Below, piece by piece: positions 25,795-40,700 of a stretch of 64,000 nucleotides of DNA. The notes under the pieces were generated by a model. It ran no database searches and was not told the origin of the DNA. It was given only the letters and a program-made list of their open reading frames with translations. Source of the DNA: Antedon mediterranea (Eukaryota > Animalia > Echinodermata); the NCBI RefSeq assembly GCF_964355755.1, contig NC_092671.1, forward strand, positions 36,094,304 through 36,158,303, in the 5' to 3' direction. Numbering within the stretch: position 1 is the stretch's first letter; every line of letters begins with the position of its first letter. Both the position numbers and the translations under genes were made by a program.

Positions 25795-28700
25795 ATGAAA
25801 ACGCTCGATTCAGTTCGAGCCCCTCTGAAACTGGCACATGATGGTTTGTATTTTGATTTATTTACCTTGTAAAATCGTGCCTGTTTGTTGTGTGACTGAC
25901 TGTTGTGGTTTGTTGTTGTTTATTCACACTCTGTGACTGTTCTGTGTGTAACATGGAGTAAGTTAATCCTGTCAGGTGCGTGTTGGTATTCAATCACAGC
26001 GTGAGAATGGGTTGCCAATCATTTTATAACAACACATTAATATAGGCCCTTGTGCATAATACTTACTCGGAATTGTCCCCGAATTATCTTTTTTTTTTTT
26101 AATATGTATTAACTATTACCGGTATTTATTAATTATAAATAAATAGGCCTATGCCATTTATTTAAAATGTTGCATCCATTAAGTCTGCTCATTAATACTA
26201 ATAGTATTTTAATACGCCGTGGCTAAAGATACGGTACCGTATTCTAACTTCTGTTTACTAAAGGTACGGTAAAATTGCATTACGTCATAATCAGCCAATG
26301 GGGTGCTGGTACGTGTGTGACGTCATCGTATAAGGACTTGGGATTTTTTTTCATATCGCGTCTGTTGTGTTTGTTGTGTAGAGAATCGCTATCGGCGGCG
26401 GCGCCAGGCTGCGTGGATGTGTGTGCGCTGCAGATGAGGGTTTTATTTTTATTCCAAATGGCCTATTTAGGCCTATATTTTTTATTAAACTTTGTTTACA
26501 ATGGTGACCATAAACAACAAGCAAATGCAGACAATAAAGGGGCCCTCAAATACTATGATTTAGACAGTAGCCCCAGGGCTAACGAGTCACAGAAATCAGC
26601 GCACACATGCAGCTGGCCCCAGCCTGGAATCGCTTTCCCTCTACACAAACAAACTCATATAATGAGGTTATAGTAGGCCTAGCCTAGGCCTCTTTTGAAA
26701 CGGTTTTCTGTATTCTAGAATTAAAATCAACATGTTTTGGCTTTTCAATAATAATAACAGACGTAGGCTACATTTAGTTTTTGTCACACACGACGGCGAT
26801 AATAGCGATAAATAAAGCATAAAGAAAATGCGGTTGATCACTGTTTTCGCGATATGAAAAAAATCCACAAAGTCCTTATACGATGACGTCACACACGTAC
26901 AGCACCCCATTGGCTGGTTATGACGTAATGCAATATTACCGTACCTTTAGTAAACAGAAGTTAGAATACGGTACCGTATCTTTAGCCACGGCGATTTTAA
27001 TAAGTACAGTATAACAGTTATTCAATTTAAGCAAAAATAGATTAGGGAAAAAAAATATTTTACCTAATGCAAAGCAAAAATAAATACAGTAGTCAACTAA
27101 AAGTCACCTGCAGTCTGTCAGAATTTGTTTTTGTTTAATAACATTAACAATGATGCAAAGACATTTTTTTTTTAGCCAATCACATTGCAATAGTATAGGC
27201 CTAAGTAATGTTTTTTTTTAAATTATATTATTTATAATGATTATTTACCCCTCGTCAAATTTGTTTAGAAAAACAATTTCTATAAAAAATATTAATGAAC
27301 CAACATAGGCGTATAATATTGTTTTAAAACGATTTAATAAAAAGTATTAAATAAAAATGTTCAGTCTCTGAAGCAAAATAAGGAGACAAGGAGTATTAGA
27401 TGTTTACGTTTGCAGGTGAAATTTTAAAATTAAATTCAAGTGCAATTTTCTTGTTCAAAGTTATGATATTAATAATATACTGTAAATAGAAATCATATTC
27501 TTTATGACATTGACAATACAGTACTTATGTATGTTTTTTGTAGATACACCAATGGATGTGTCAGTTCTAATGCTGGGCCAAAATCATCAAATTCCTTTCA
27601 GAGATGAACATCGATTCAAAGGATTTCCGGCTCATAACTTCAGCGAAGCTACCAAGCCATTGATAGGTCCACCCCCAGAGGATGATGACTTTCTGAACCG
27701 AAGCTTCAGGAAGAAACAACACTTTGTCAAGGGTATGGAAACTTTGATATTAAGATAAGCCTAGCGTTTTATCACTTCGCTCTGTTTAAAAATAAGAAAA
27801 CTTGGGTGTACAGTGAAATAGCATATCCTTTTATTTCAGTAATAATGTACTACAAAACATACTGTATGTACAATTTGCAATATTTGTAGAATTAGAATTC
27901 ACAAACGTCTCGCCCAATAGTCTATGTTTGCAATTTCAACACAAAATCTATATGTACAGCTACAGTAAGAATTAAAGTATGACGGATCATTTCACCACTG
28001 CCATTTAGCCCACCTTATTTTCAAAATTATTACACTTTAAAAGTTGTTTATTATCTGTAATATATAGTGGTTTTATTAAATTTAGCTACAAAACAAAGTA
28101 AAATTAAGAGAAAATATTTTTTTTAATAAACACTTTTAAATTATGTCTAGAATCTGCTTCGCACGTCCCCTATAAATCTGGATAAAAAAAATTATCCTAC
28201 CATAAGGAAAAAAAAAAATCGGGAAAAGAAGCGTAAAAAAGAGTAAAGTACTTTCACTTTTGATTAAAATACATTGTTTCAGCGCCGTGCTAATTTACTT
28301 TTTATTAGAGGTCACCATTGCCGTTGCTGTTGCTTGCGATATGAATTGCCTATTTTCACCTGAAAAATAAACGCATTTTGTTTCCTGTAACATGATATTG
28401 ACGCGTGTATCGTACCGATACTCGGGGCACAAACGATTCGTACAAAGGACAACGCTATACAACCGCGTAGGCCTACCTATTGTTTAAAGATCTATTTCAG
28501 TTCAAATTGCAAATCGTATACAGTATACCTGTATGATCAGATTCAAATATAGCTTTTCTTCTTCTGCTATTTTTAACGTTGCTTCTTTTATATAAAACTT
28601 TACTTTACTTTGTATAATAAGTTCCCTGTCCACAAGTATATGCTATCAATCAATATTTTTACGTATCGGTATGCAAATCTCATATATGATCAGATTTAAA

Positions 28701-31700
28701 TCCCTCTTCTTCTTCTGCTATTTTTAACATTGCTTCTTTTATATAAAACTTTACTTTACTTTGTATAATAAGTTCCCTGTCCACAAGTATATGCTATCAA
28801 TCAATATTTTTACGTATCGGTATGCAAATCTCATATATGATCAGATTTAAATCCCTTTTCTTCTTCTGCTATTTTTAACATTGCTTCTTTTATATAAAAC
28901 TTTACTTTACTTTGTATAATAAGTTCCTTGTCCATAAGTTGGTAGGTATTTGCTATCAATCACTATTTTTACTTATAGGTATGCCGCCAAACACAAAACA
29001 TGAAAATGTTCCTGGTAATTATTTGTTAAATCACCTTTTAATTAACTGTTTGTTGTTTAATATCTAACATGACTCCCACAATCACTCATTTCAAATGTGT
29101 TACCTTTTCACTGAGCATGCAAAGTAAATATTATGCCTTGACCGATTCTGGTACAGTGCAATCAGCCGCCGTTCATTTCAGCTATCATTTTACCCCAAAA
29201 TACCAATCCCTAGCTACGCAATGGTGAGTAAAGACGATAGTGAGTACAGTCTGTCTAACCCATGTACTCATTAATAATGATGAGTAAAGCTCTGTCTACA
29301 CTATCAAACTTTATGTGGCAAAAAAAATGTGATGTGTCTATATATGGACATGATGATGTCATATCACGTCCATATTAGGGTATATCGGTACCGTATTGGG
29401 TCACATCACACTTTTGTTTTGTCAAACTAGTTTGACTAGTCCACCTTTTTTAACTTAATTTCTATGTATATTTTATATGCAAATGACAATAAATTGAAGT
29501 AATTTTCCACTGATGAATGAATGAATAGTGTAGACAGACTGCTTTAAAGTTGTGAATTTATGCGTTCAACTTGTGGCTGAAATGACGCCAATTGAGATAT
29601 TCATTACTAATCCATTTAAATATTGTTATATCATTGCACTGTCTAATTCATCATTCATTAACTGCATCCAGATGATTTGAACCTAACACTTTAGTCACTA
29701 CGCAATATTATTGCAAGAATCCTATATTGCATTGAAATTCCTTGCCATTACTCAGCCAGCATGAGGTATAAGGAAAGGAATGTATCTATTTTTTCTGGAC
29801 TACCTGTATATAGAAACAGATACTAGATAGTATAACAGGTTACCGAGTTGGGAATAGATTTTCTCGGGCACTTAAGGCGTGAAATTTTATTATTATTTTA
29901 CACTTTTTAAAATTTATAGAAATTGTAACTTACAAATAGTTTGTTTGTATTATTTCTCTGCACATACACATATACATTGAAAAAACAAAATTAAATTAGT
30001 AAAAAAAAATATTAAAAAATTTAACTGTATTACTTATGATTATAATACAATATATTTTGGACCAACAGTATTTAATTCAATTTCAATTAAAATTTATTCA
30101 TGTTGTCGTACACTTTTACATTGTATACAAAAAAATACTGGATAAAAAAAAAACTTGTCATAAAGCTAAAACATACATTTACTATAAAAAAAACTTTCTC
30201 AAAAGACTAATCAAACTATACAGAATAAAATTGTCACCAATTTTCAAAAGAAACAAATTCTTGCTGTTTTCCATTTCTATTTTGATTTTCATGCATAAGG
30301 CATATAGTTGATATTCTATTCTAACCTCATATGCCAACACTAACTAAATTTCACAATTATGTCCATATTTGATCAGAAGAAGATTTGACATTTGTCTAAA
30401 ATATTGATTGCTTCCATGGTGTTGATAAACAACTTAGACATAATGATTGATTGGAGACAATGCAATTAGTAACAGTTACACAGTTACACAGTTACACAGT
30501 TACACAGTTACAGATTTTGTATCTTCTTAACAATTTAATTCTCTATTCATGATCAAAAACCTACTAACACCATTCGATATCAAATTTATTTATTATGAAT
30601 AATAAGAATTAATAATATATAACATTTTCTCCATAATTTATCATAAATCACTATTAAGCTGAGCAGTCTACACTATCAAACTAGTTTGACAAAAACAAAG
30701 TATGATGTGCCCAAATATGGTAGTGATATGACATCATCATGTCTATGGTCACATCACATTTTTTGTCACATTAAGTTTGATAGCGTAGACAGAGCTTAAA
30801 ACCTTTCGATATCAAATTTATTGATTGTGATTAAAAATATGAATAGTAAATCACATTTTCTCCAAAATTAATCATAAATCACTATTAAAGTATTTATTTA
30901 TTTATTCTTCTTTCGTTCACAGTAATTGGAAATATCATAAAAAAACATAATTAATTAAAGAAAAAACGAGATCAAAATTATAAATAGAGAAAATATACAT
31001 TAAAAATAGAAATCAAATAGAAATTAACAAAGATGTATTGCTGTATAAGAATCAAATTCCAACTATAATTTTAAAAGTGTACAATTATTTTTTCGAGTTG
31101 ATTGGGGAGAATGTTTTCATGAGTTGAAAGATTGATTGTTTAACTAAGCTGAGTTAAATGGAATAGTGACAAGGATACATTTACTTACAATGTGTTATGA
31201 TATATTAACAATCAAGTTGCTTATTCACCTAACCAGTGGCGTAACAGCTATGAGCGATCACTGGCTAAACCAAGGGGCCTTGGATCCTTATGGGGGCCCC
31301 AGAGGAAACAGGCTAAAAACGCCTGAGGCATCCAACTTTGGAGGGCCACACTTAGGGTTCCTAAACAAGTAGCCTCGGGCCTCTATGTTACGCCAATGCA
31401 CCTAACCCATTATTTTTACTAATAATACTTCAAGAGGGTTATGTTTTGAAGGTACTGTTTTGTATCACCACTTGCATGCCATTCCCATCTCCCTTAAAAC
31501 CATAACTTTTTGTGTTTATTGGGATTCTTTTGTAATAATTTATTTATTTTTACTGCCTATTTTATATTGAAATTATGTTTTCTGTAAATGGTTACAGTAT
31601 TTTATGATCTCACGAACTAATTAAAGGTTTTTTGAGTTTACTGCCTAAAAAGATGGAAACAAATTTTGGACCGAGTAATGTCGGAAGATGTAAAAGGTTA

Positions 31701-34700
31701 AGAAATGGAATTGACTGGTTTTTGGACTTTTATGTGTTTTTATGTCAATGTTACAAAGACAAAACATTTCAATTGAACACTATCTTTTATATTTATTCAA
31801 TTATTTTGAATTTATTAAATTATTCTAATTTATTCAATATTGTATTTAACAATTTTATAATTTATTTCTATATTTTAACATATTCACATTTTTATTTTAT
31901 TTAATGTTCTTATTTTCAACATTTTATTATTTCGGGAATGATTAGATATAAATTTTTTTACAGGACGTGTAACTGACCCAGTGCCAGACAACACTCTAGA
32001 ATACGGTTCTAATAGATTGGCACCGAGTAGGGTCGAACCAGTCCCTTTGAAGACCTTGTTCTACAAGGAAGGCGTCACGTAAGAAAAATATATACATATA
32101 ACAATGATGATAACTTGCACTGATAAAAGCACTACAAATTTTTTTGGCTGTTTTACTTTACTGTTGTGATTTAGCTTTTTGCTTATTTATCTTGTATCTC
32201 CATTGAGATCCAGCCACTGATAGTAACCATAGCATTGTCATTTTTTCAGTAATTTACCTTTTTAAAGAAAACGCTGTGTAATTGTTGTATTTTACACAAA
32301 TGTTTTTACACAAGTCTTTATCTATCCATCAACACTGGCTGATTATGATCATTACTTTGGAAATATACAAATTTAGTAAATTTTAAAACATTGGATAATT
32401 TTCAGGTCAGCAGAAAACAGGAAAAGAGAGGCACAATTGAAAGATGCAATGGAAGATATAGCAAGAAATAAAACAGTTAAGATGGAAAAACAACTGACAG
32501 CTAGAGAGGAGAAAAAAAGAGTATGTAACTTAAAACTAATAGATCATGAAAATATAAAAAACCTAATTTGTTCACTAAATAAAATGAAATGTAAGATATT
32601 TAGGACAAAGAGGTTAGTTAGTTTTCGTTTGCATTTTTGCAATAACATTTTTTTTTATACAGTACAGTATACTCAAAGAATTAAATTATCAATCCATCGT
32701 CACAAACTCTGAACGAAAAATTTCTCCAATCAGAGCGACTTATTCATTTTTCTTTTCGTATAATTTTCTATAATTTTTATCTATGTGGTTTTGGGACGTC
32801 CTCTTGGTCTCTTGACTCTAGACAAAGAAATTATGTTCTGATTAAGTGTATTAAGTTTTTGCAATTTTGCAATATCAAAATAATTTGTTCATTCAGGACT
32901 TACAGATGTTAATAGATTACAAGCCATGGGGGAAACCTGGAGGTGGAGCGCCAAAGCCAGATCAGAATATTAGAACTAAAGCTGTTGATGCAACGGTGCT
33001 ACACAATGGGAAATCAGTGGTAAGCAGATATTTTAGTTTGGATTTTGATTTACATTTACAAAATGCCCTGGGTGCCATGCCATAGAGGTATAACATTTGA
33101 TAACTTCAGATTGTGACGTTAAACAATTTATTAATGTTTTTTATCAGGAGAAGTTTCTTACGTTTGGAAAGCCAGGACACGGGGCACCGTTACGCACAAG
33201 TTCCGGTAATCCCATCACTAGTATTCGCGCTAATAACGATATTAGATTCTGTGATCTTAAAGGAATGAAGGAAACCGTTAACAATCATGCACGATACGCC
33301 ATGCCCTGCAAGGACGTACAATCGTACGCCGAAGAGCTAGGTAAGTTTCTTTTCTTTTTTTAATGAATCTACTATTTATTGATTCGCACATAATTGTTTA
33401 ATTTAAAAATGGAAACAGGAAAAGAATCTTTAGAATTCAAAATAATATGCAGCTGATCAAATTATTAATAATACTTCAAGAGCTTAAATGTATATTATGC
33501 TGACAACAGCCATGTTTACCGATGACAATCAAAATATTGTTTAAAATTAATCAGGTGCACTTATTAATAATTATTAATACGTCTTGACAATGTACATGGC
33601 TGTAGTAAGTCTATTGTATTCCGAAATTAATTAACTGAAGTTAGTTTTATGGAATAGCTTAGCACGCAGAATATATAACAATAGTATATTTTTTTAATTA
33701 AAAATAAGAATATTGCTTTATTTATTTAAAGTAAACGGCAGTTAATTGAATTGAATTTAATTTAATTTAATGGAATATTGCTTAGTGCATAGGATATTAC
33801 AATTTATGATATATTTATTTATTTTATTTTATTTATTTTATTTTATGATATATTTATTTAAAAATCAAAAACTATGAATACTGTTGTATTTATTTAAAGG
33901 AAATAACACTGTTGACAATACTTTTTAATGATGGAATAACTTAAAAGCATAGGATATAGTACAATATACGGTATATATTTAACAATAAAAACAAAAGTTT
34001 TGTTTTATTGATGTATTGTCCCTTGAAACACAAAAAAATGAAGGTCAAAATATACTAAATTTTGATTAGCCATATCAAAAGTAATATTAAAGTTATTCAC
34101 TTTAAGTCGAAAATTCGAGCCAAAAACAACAAGTTTACGTAATTTACAGGTAAATTTATTTGATTACATTTCGTCTGGAAAATCATCGCGAGCGAAAGTA
34201 AACAAAGATTTCAAACTACGAGTATGTATTATGCATGATGCTAATTAGGATTGTTTACAACTCGTCATGGTTGAGAAGGTATTTTCACACAGATCGCGAG
34301 AAAGTTTTATGATTATGCATACAGAGTAGCCAAACAAGCGCGTTGCATTATAAGATATGTTTTGATCCAAAACTTTGACTGGACAAAAAAAAAAATTTTT
34401 TTCGAATAATTTTTGGTGAAAGTTAATACTGTAACTATTATGATACTTCAAAATGACCCACTTTTTTTCGAAAACTATTTTTTTAATTTTTTTGGAATTA
34501 GTCAAAGGGACAATACATCTTTAACAAAAAAAAAAATAATACTGTTTTATTTATTTAAAGCAAATGGCAGTTTTATGGAATAGCTGTGACGCACATGATA
34601 TACTGTATTACAATATACGGTATATTTATTTAACAATGAAAACAAAAGAATACTATAAGATGGTCATAAAATAATGTGACATTTAATTTCATTTCTTAAA

Positions 34701-37700
34701 TCATGAATACAAATTCATCTTCAGCTCTTTATTTTGATTAATATTCAAACTTATTGAAGTAATGTTAGGCAGCTGCAAACCATTCTAATGAGATATAAAT
34801 AAAAGCTGCATTCAGACTTGTTAAGCTCTGTCTACACTGTCAAACTTAATGTGACAAAAAATGTGATTTGCCCATATGAAAATGATAATGATGTCATATC
34901 ACTACCATATTTGGGCATATCACTACCATATTTGGGTACTGTACATCACACTTTTTTTGTCTATTTTCACGCTGCTGCTCTAGCCCGCTACGTCACATGA
35001 GATGACTCATTCATTAGCAGCCCACGAAATTCAGAAAAAAGAAGGTCGGCAAAAAATTGCCGACCTTAAATTCGCCAAGGTCGGCAGTCTCGGCAGTTCT
35101 AAAAATAGAAAATTCACCCCAAGGCCTAAACCTCTTGCTAACCTAATAAAAGGCCTAGCTAGGCCTAGCCTGCCTAGCTATATGTTATGCAAAAAGAACT
35201 AGCAAAAAATAAAATATAAAAACCTAACACTAAAATCTACAAGATAAATTCTATTTAATAATAATTGCTGAACATCATGGTTCTGGAGCTTGCCGTACAC
35301 AGAGCATAGTTGCTTGCTTGGCATAACAGGGTATTCCCCTACACAGGTCTGTGGCGCCCAGCGCTGTGCCCAGCCAGCTTGGTTGATAGGAAAGCATGCA
35401 GCTCACACACAAAATGATGTAATGGTTGAGTGAATTCAGGGATCATCTTAATTCCATGGTTTGTTAACTAAACACAACATGGTGGTGAATATGCCTGTTA
35501 AAATTTCAATGATACGATCCCTTAAAGTACCATGTTGTTGCTAGGAGGCTTGAAAGGAGGGATCTAGCCTAGTTTCTAGGTCGGCAATCTCTTGCCGTCC
35601 TCTGACAATTTAAGGTCGGCAATAAGGTCGGCAATTGCCGATTGCCGACGTGAAATTCGTGGGCTGCATTAGATGAAATCAAGCAGCAGTATAGTACTAC
35701 ACTTTGACATTTTTGTTAAAATGGAAACTCGACTATAATTTATAGGTACCACCTGTTGAATCCAAAAAACGGCTGGGAAAAGAGTCTAATGACAAATCCC
35801 AGAGCATTTCTGGTATTTATGAGTCCCATGATATTACTATAATTCACTGTCAGATAATCATTGAATTATTATCAAAACAGTTCATTGAAGTTTTTGTTTG
35901 TACTGTAATAGGATACTTGAAGTATCTAGGCGTGATGAAGTGACCCCCAGACTTGACCTTAGCAATAACAATAAGCGAGCAGCGTTTTTTGTAAGAAATA
36001 TTCTTGTTTATTTTATTTTTTTTTTTATTTATTCGACTTCTCACTAAGTTAGTGAAGTATCTGGACCAACAGGTGGTAAACACCTGTAAAACGGTCCAGT
36101 CCCAATTTGCACAGTGGCTGTGTGTGACAGTGGCTGTGTTTGTGTGGACTAGTAGTACACAGGGGTAACCCCTACTTGTCTCGAAAGATGTACTAGGTTC
36201 TTTAAAGTGCGCATGAGCTATGTGTACACTGGACCTACGGTTTATAGTCCTTATCCGAGAAGACTCGGACTAGTTTTGTCAAACTATAGTTTAATAGTGT
36301 GGACAGAGCTTTATGTTTTACAGGGAAAATAATAGAGAATTATATAAAGCAAGATAATGGTCCGTCTTCCATTCCAGGACATGCCGAAAGTGTGAATGTA
36401 CAGTAGCTGTCTGAGTATTATATCTGATTAAGATTTTGGATATACTGTAGTAATAAAACATAACATTTGTTTTCCAGAGATAAATATAATATGTTATTTA
36501 AAATTAGTATTAAAACAAATGTGGTTAAAAGGATGAACATTTTTTAATTTAAATGATTGTTTTTGGTTTAGATGTACAAACATGTTCATTTTACAAAAAA
36601 AAATATATTACTCATTATAAATTAAAAATTTATTTTTATTTGTAATTATTTAAACTATTTAAATGTTATTTAAAATTAACAATAAATAAATGTGTTGGGA
36701 TTGTCTTTGGTTCAGATGAAAAATATTTTACTTATTAACTATGATAAATTGCATTCATTTTCAGGAAATATGGCACTTGCAAAGAAAACTCAAAGAGAAA
36801 TAGAGCGTTACCAAGAAAAACAAGAGGAGAAAGAAACGGTAAGATTGTCATAGCAACCATTAGACTACTCAATCATTGCATGGAGGATGATCATTGTATA
36901 TACTACTTTCTGAAGTATGTTTTTGTAAACTGTAGTTGTTGCTATGGAGATGAAGAAAGGTTGGGGTGAACCATTGTTATGCATCTAAAAATAGATGTCA
37001 ATGTTTATTAATAAATTACTTTATTACTAAGTTAGTAATAAATCATTTTATTTTGGAAAAGACAACCAATTTTACCTGAAATTTAAATTGTTGAATAAAT
37101 TTATACAGTAAATATGTAATTACATATATTGTGAAAAATATTTTTTAAAAAGTTTTTTTTATTTCAGTGGAAGCATGATCCTTTTGGGATGCCTGGAGGT
37201 GGAGCCCCAATCAAGACTAATTCAGGTACAGGTCAAAGTTCAAAGCACATTTTTATGTCTTTAGGATCAAGTTAACAAGTTGTGAATGCCAAAAATTAGA
37301 ATATTAATTTATTAAAAAAGACCTTTTTTAAAGAAATGTTATCTCTATCCTACATGATTTTCAGGCCACAAGTAGTATTAAGCCTTGTCTACACTATCAA
37401 ACTTTATGTGACAAAAAAATGTGATGTGGCCATATATATGGACATGATGATGTCATCACTACAACCGTATTTGAGCACATCACTACCATATTTTGGGCAC
37501 ATCACACTTTTTTTGTCAATCTAGTTTGATAGTGTGGACAGAGCTTTACACATCATGTAATGAAATGTGTAGAATCATAAATGTTGGTATTTCTATTTTT
37601 ATAGTAAATGCATAAAATTGATTTTCATTAAAATCAAGTTCTATTTTTAAAGGCAAACTGCAAACTCGTCATAACATAACATTGATTAATGATCAAAAGG

Positions 37701-40700
37701 AAATGAGAGATACTGAAGAACGGCATCAACGAAAAAATGTAGTAATGTCAAATCGTAATGGTGAGTAAAATGTACAGTTTTTAATAAAGGTCATGGGTCA
37801 TGTAGACTATGGTGATAATCGGCAAAACATTAAAAAAGTTTACCTTTCAAAAGAACTAAATTAACCACACATTCCATATTGTAAAGCTCTCGTGTCTATA
37901 TTATCAAACTTCATGTGACAAAAAAATGTGTACCCATATATGGATATGATGATGTCATATCACCATATTTGGAAATATCACTACCATATTTGGGCACATT
38001 ACACTTTTTTTGTCAAACTAGTTTGATAGTGTAGACAGAGCTTAATAATAAGTGAGTAAGACTAGATTGGCTGGCACATGTGTATAACCTGTTAACATTA
38101 AGTTAATGCGTGTGTGCTTATGTGATTTAAATCCGGTGATGAAATTTTACTGAACAATATAATGTATTTCTCCAGAACTTGTAGTTGAGCTTTGATTATT
38201 TAAATTAATGAGCATATAAAAGAACCAATTAGGTTAGTATAAAAAATAGAGAGAAAAGGAAATTCATCAATTTGGCAATTCTGATATTTGTTAGGTTTCT
38301 ACGACAACTTAGTTGACACGGTATCCATGACAACAGTAAAATTGTATCATCTGCATCTGTTCTGTTGACAATAATAATCCTACAGCCACCTGCAAATTGT
38401 TTTTTATGAGGCGGTTTATCAATGTAATTTGACTAGCAACTACCCCCAACTGCTCAAAATTAAATCAATCCAATTTGAACAATACTAAATTTGATAATGT
38501 AAATACTGAAAGTGTAATTTCAAATGAAGAGGAATTGTGAATACAAAACAAATAAGAAAAATTTCTTTACAGAAATAATTGCATAGTTGCGTATTGTTGT
38601 TTGTTTTAGCCGCATGTTGGTTGTTTTTGATGTGTTAGATGTGTTGTATGTTGCTCCGAATCAACTGGCTAGTGGTTTGAGATTGAAATATACCATTTGT
38701 GTTGAATGGCTGTAACATATAGTTTATTAATTTGATGTACATGTAAATCTCTGTCCACACTATCAAACGTTTGTGACAAAAAAATATGATGTTTTGAAGA
38801 ATTTGTTAAAGAATCTCTTTCCAATATCATGAAATCACAAAATAACCTTGAGAGTAAATTAGCTGAATCTATTAAATTCAACGAAGAAAGAATTATTGCT
38901 CTAGAAAAGGCTCAGTCGCGATACGAAGCTAGGCAGGCGGAATTCGTCGACGATTTGCATACAGCTCACAACACAATTGCGTCTATGCAGGCTGAGCTAA
39001 ACAAGGCTGAACGCTTCTCCAGGAGAAATAACATTCGCATTGTAGGAATCGCTAAATCTGATAACGAAAACCCAATCAACATTGTTGAAGATTTCTTAGC
39101 CACTCATTTTAAAATTAAACCGACGATTGAGAGAGCCCATCGAGACGGTCTAGGATTCCAAGGAAAGCCGCCCCATATACTCTTTAAAGTGCTATCATAT
39201 GTTGACAAAGTAGCAATCCTCAAAAACCGACATAAACTTGCTAGTCCAGGTGCCTACATTATAGACGACCTAACTCGCACGGACAGGCAAGAAAAGAACA
39301 AGTGGAAGACCCAAGTTAAAGCCCTGTATGATCAAGGAATCAAGCTTAGGTTCAGAGCCGGGAAATGGCGTTCATCAACTGGTATCCCACATGTGTTTAA
39401 GTAGTAACCTGTTTGCACAATGATGAACTCTATCCAGCTTCATCTATCCAAGAAGAACTTTTTTTTTCCTTGACTTTACATAATTATATCATTTTAAAAT
39501 ATGCAATATCGTTTTTCCGTTAGCTGTTCATTATTACTATATTACATCGTATTATTATATCGGGAGCTCCTGTTTTAATTTGCTCCTGTTTTAATTTACT
39601 TCTGTAAATGCACTCTTATCATATCTTGTTTTTTTGTTTTGTTTATGTATTATTATTATTGTTATTATTTACTATATTGTTTCCTATTACCATTTACTTT
39701 ATATTCAGTGATGCTTCTCAAATTGTTAAATCGCTGTCAAAATGATGTCTGAGAATTATTTTTGTCATCTCCCATTCCATGATTTTATTATAGATTCTGA
39801 TACTATTAACCATAGTGATATATCTAACATTATTATAAACCCCCTTGCTCATACTGAATATGATAAATTTGATGAACATTCCGAGCCTCTTGCCAACCAA
39901 TTAAATTCTAGAAATTCGACACTCGAGGATTGTATATACTATGACACTAATCATTTTAATACCACTTTTAGAAATGTTTCAAATTCCCTAATTTCTCTCT
40001 TTCATGTTAACATTAGAAGCGTTACAAATAAAACTGATTCCCTTGAACAATTTTTAAATTCAATTAATTTAAAATTTTCTATTATTGGTCTCTCTGAGAC
40101 GTGGTTGAATGACACGTCACCTACTCCCTTCTTGCATAATTATTCATTTATATCTAAAAATAGGCAATCTGGTAAAGGTGGTGGCGTAGCTTTTTTCGTA
40201 AAAAACGATCTTAATGTTAGAGTTCGTCTTGATCTATCGATTTCTCAACCATATGATTCCCTTTTTCTAGAAATAGTACATCCTAATAAAAAAAATACAA
40301 TCGTTGGTGTAATTTACCGTCCTCCAGATGGTAATATTGATCATTTCTCCAAATCCTTCGATGAACTCTTAAATAAAATAAATTCTGAACATAAACCCTG
40401 TCATATCATGGGCGATATAAATATTGATATCATAAAATATCAAAATCATATTCAAACTAATAATTATATTGATATGTTACTTTTTCGCTCATTTTATCCA
40501 ACAATTTCAAAACCTACTCGAATCACACCGACTACCGCCACCTTGATTGACCATTTTTACACCAATATTATTGATACAAAAATACATTCTGGTGTATTTA
40601 TTTTTGATATATCCGACCACCTTCCTATCTTTCATATAGTAGATGAAAAATTATACCATACTGACACCAACAATGTACCATCTCGTATAATAGATATTGA

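Noticed and set aside
26275-26910. ORFs inside the MULE-like element (132 aa +, 80 aa -) sharing TCVTSSYKD
   Set aside because: The shared peptide comes from the two TIRs, and I see no transposase or other recognisable domain.
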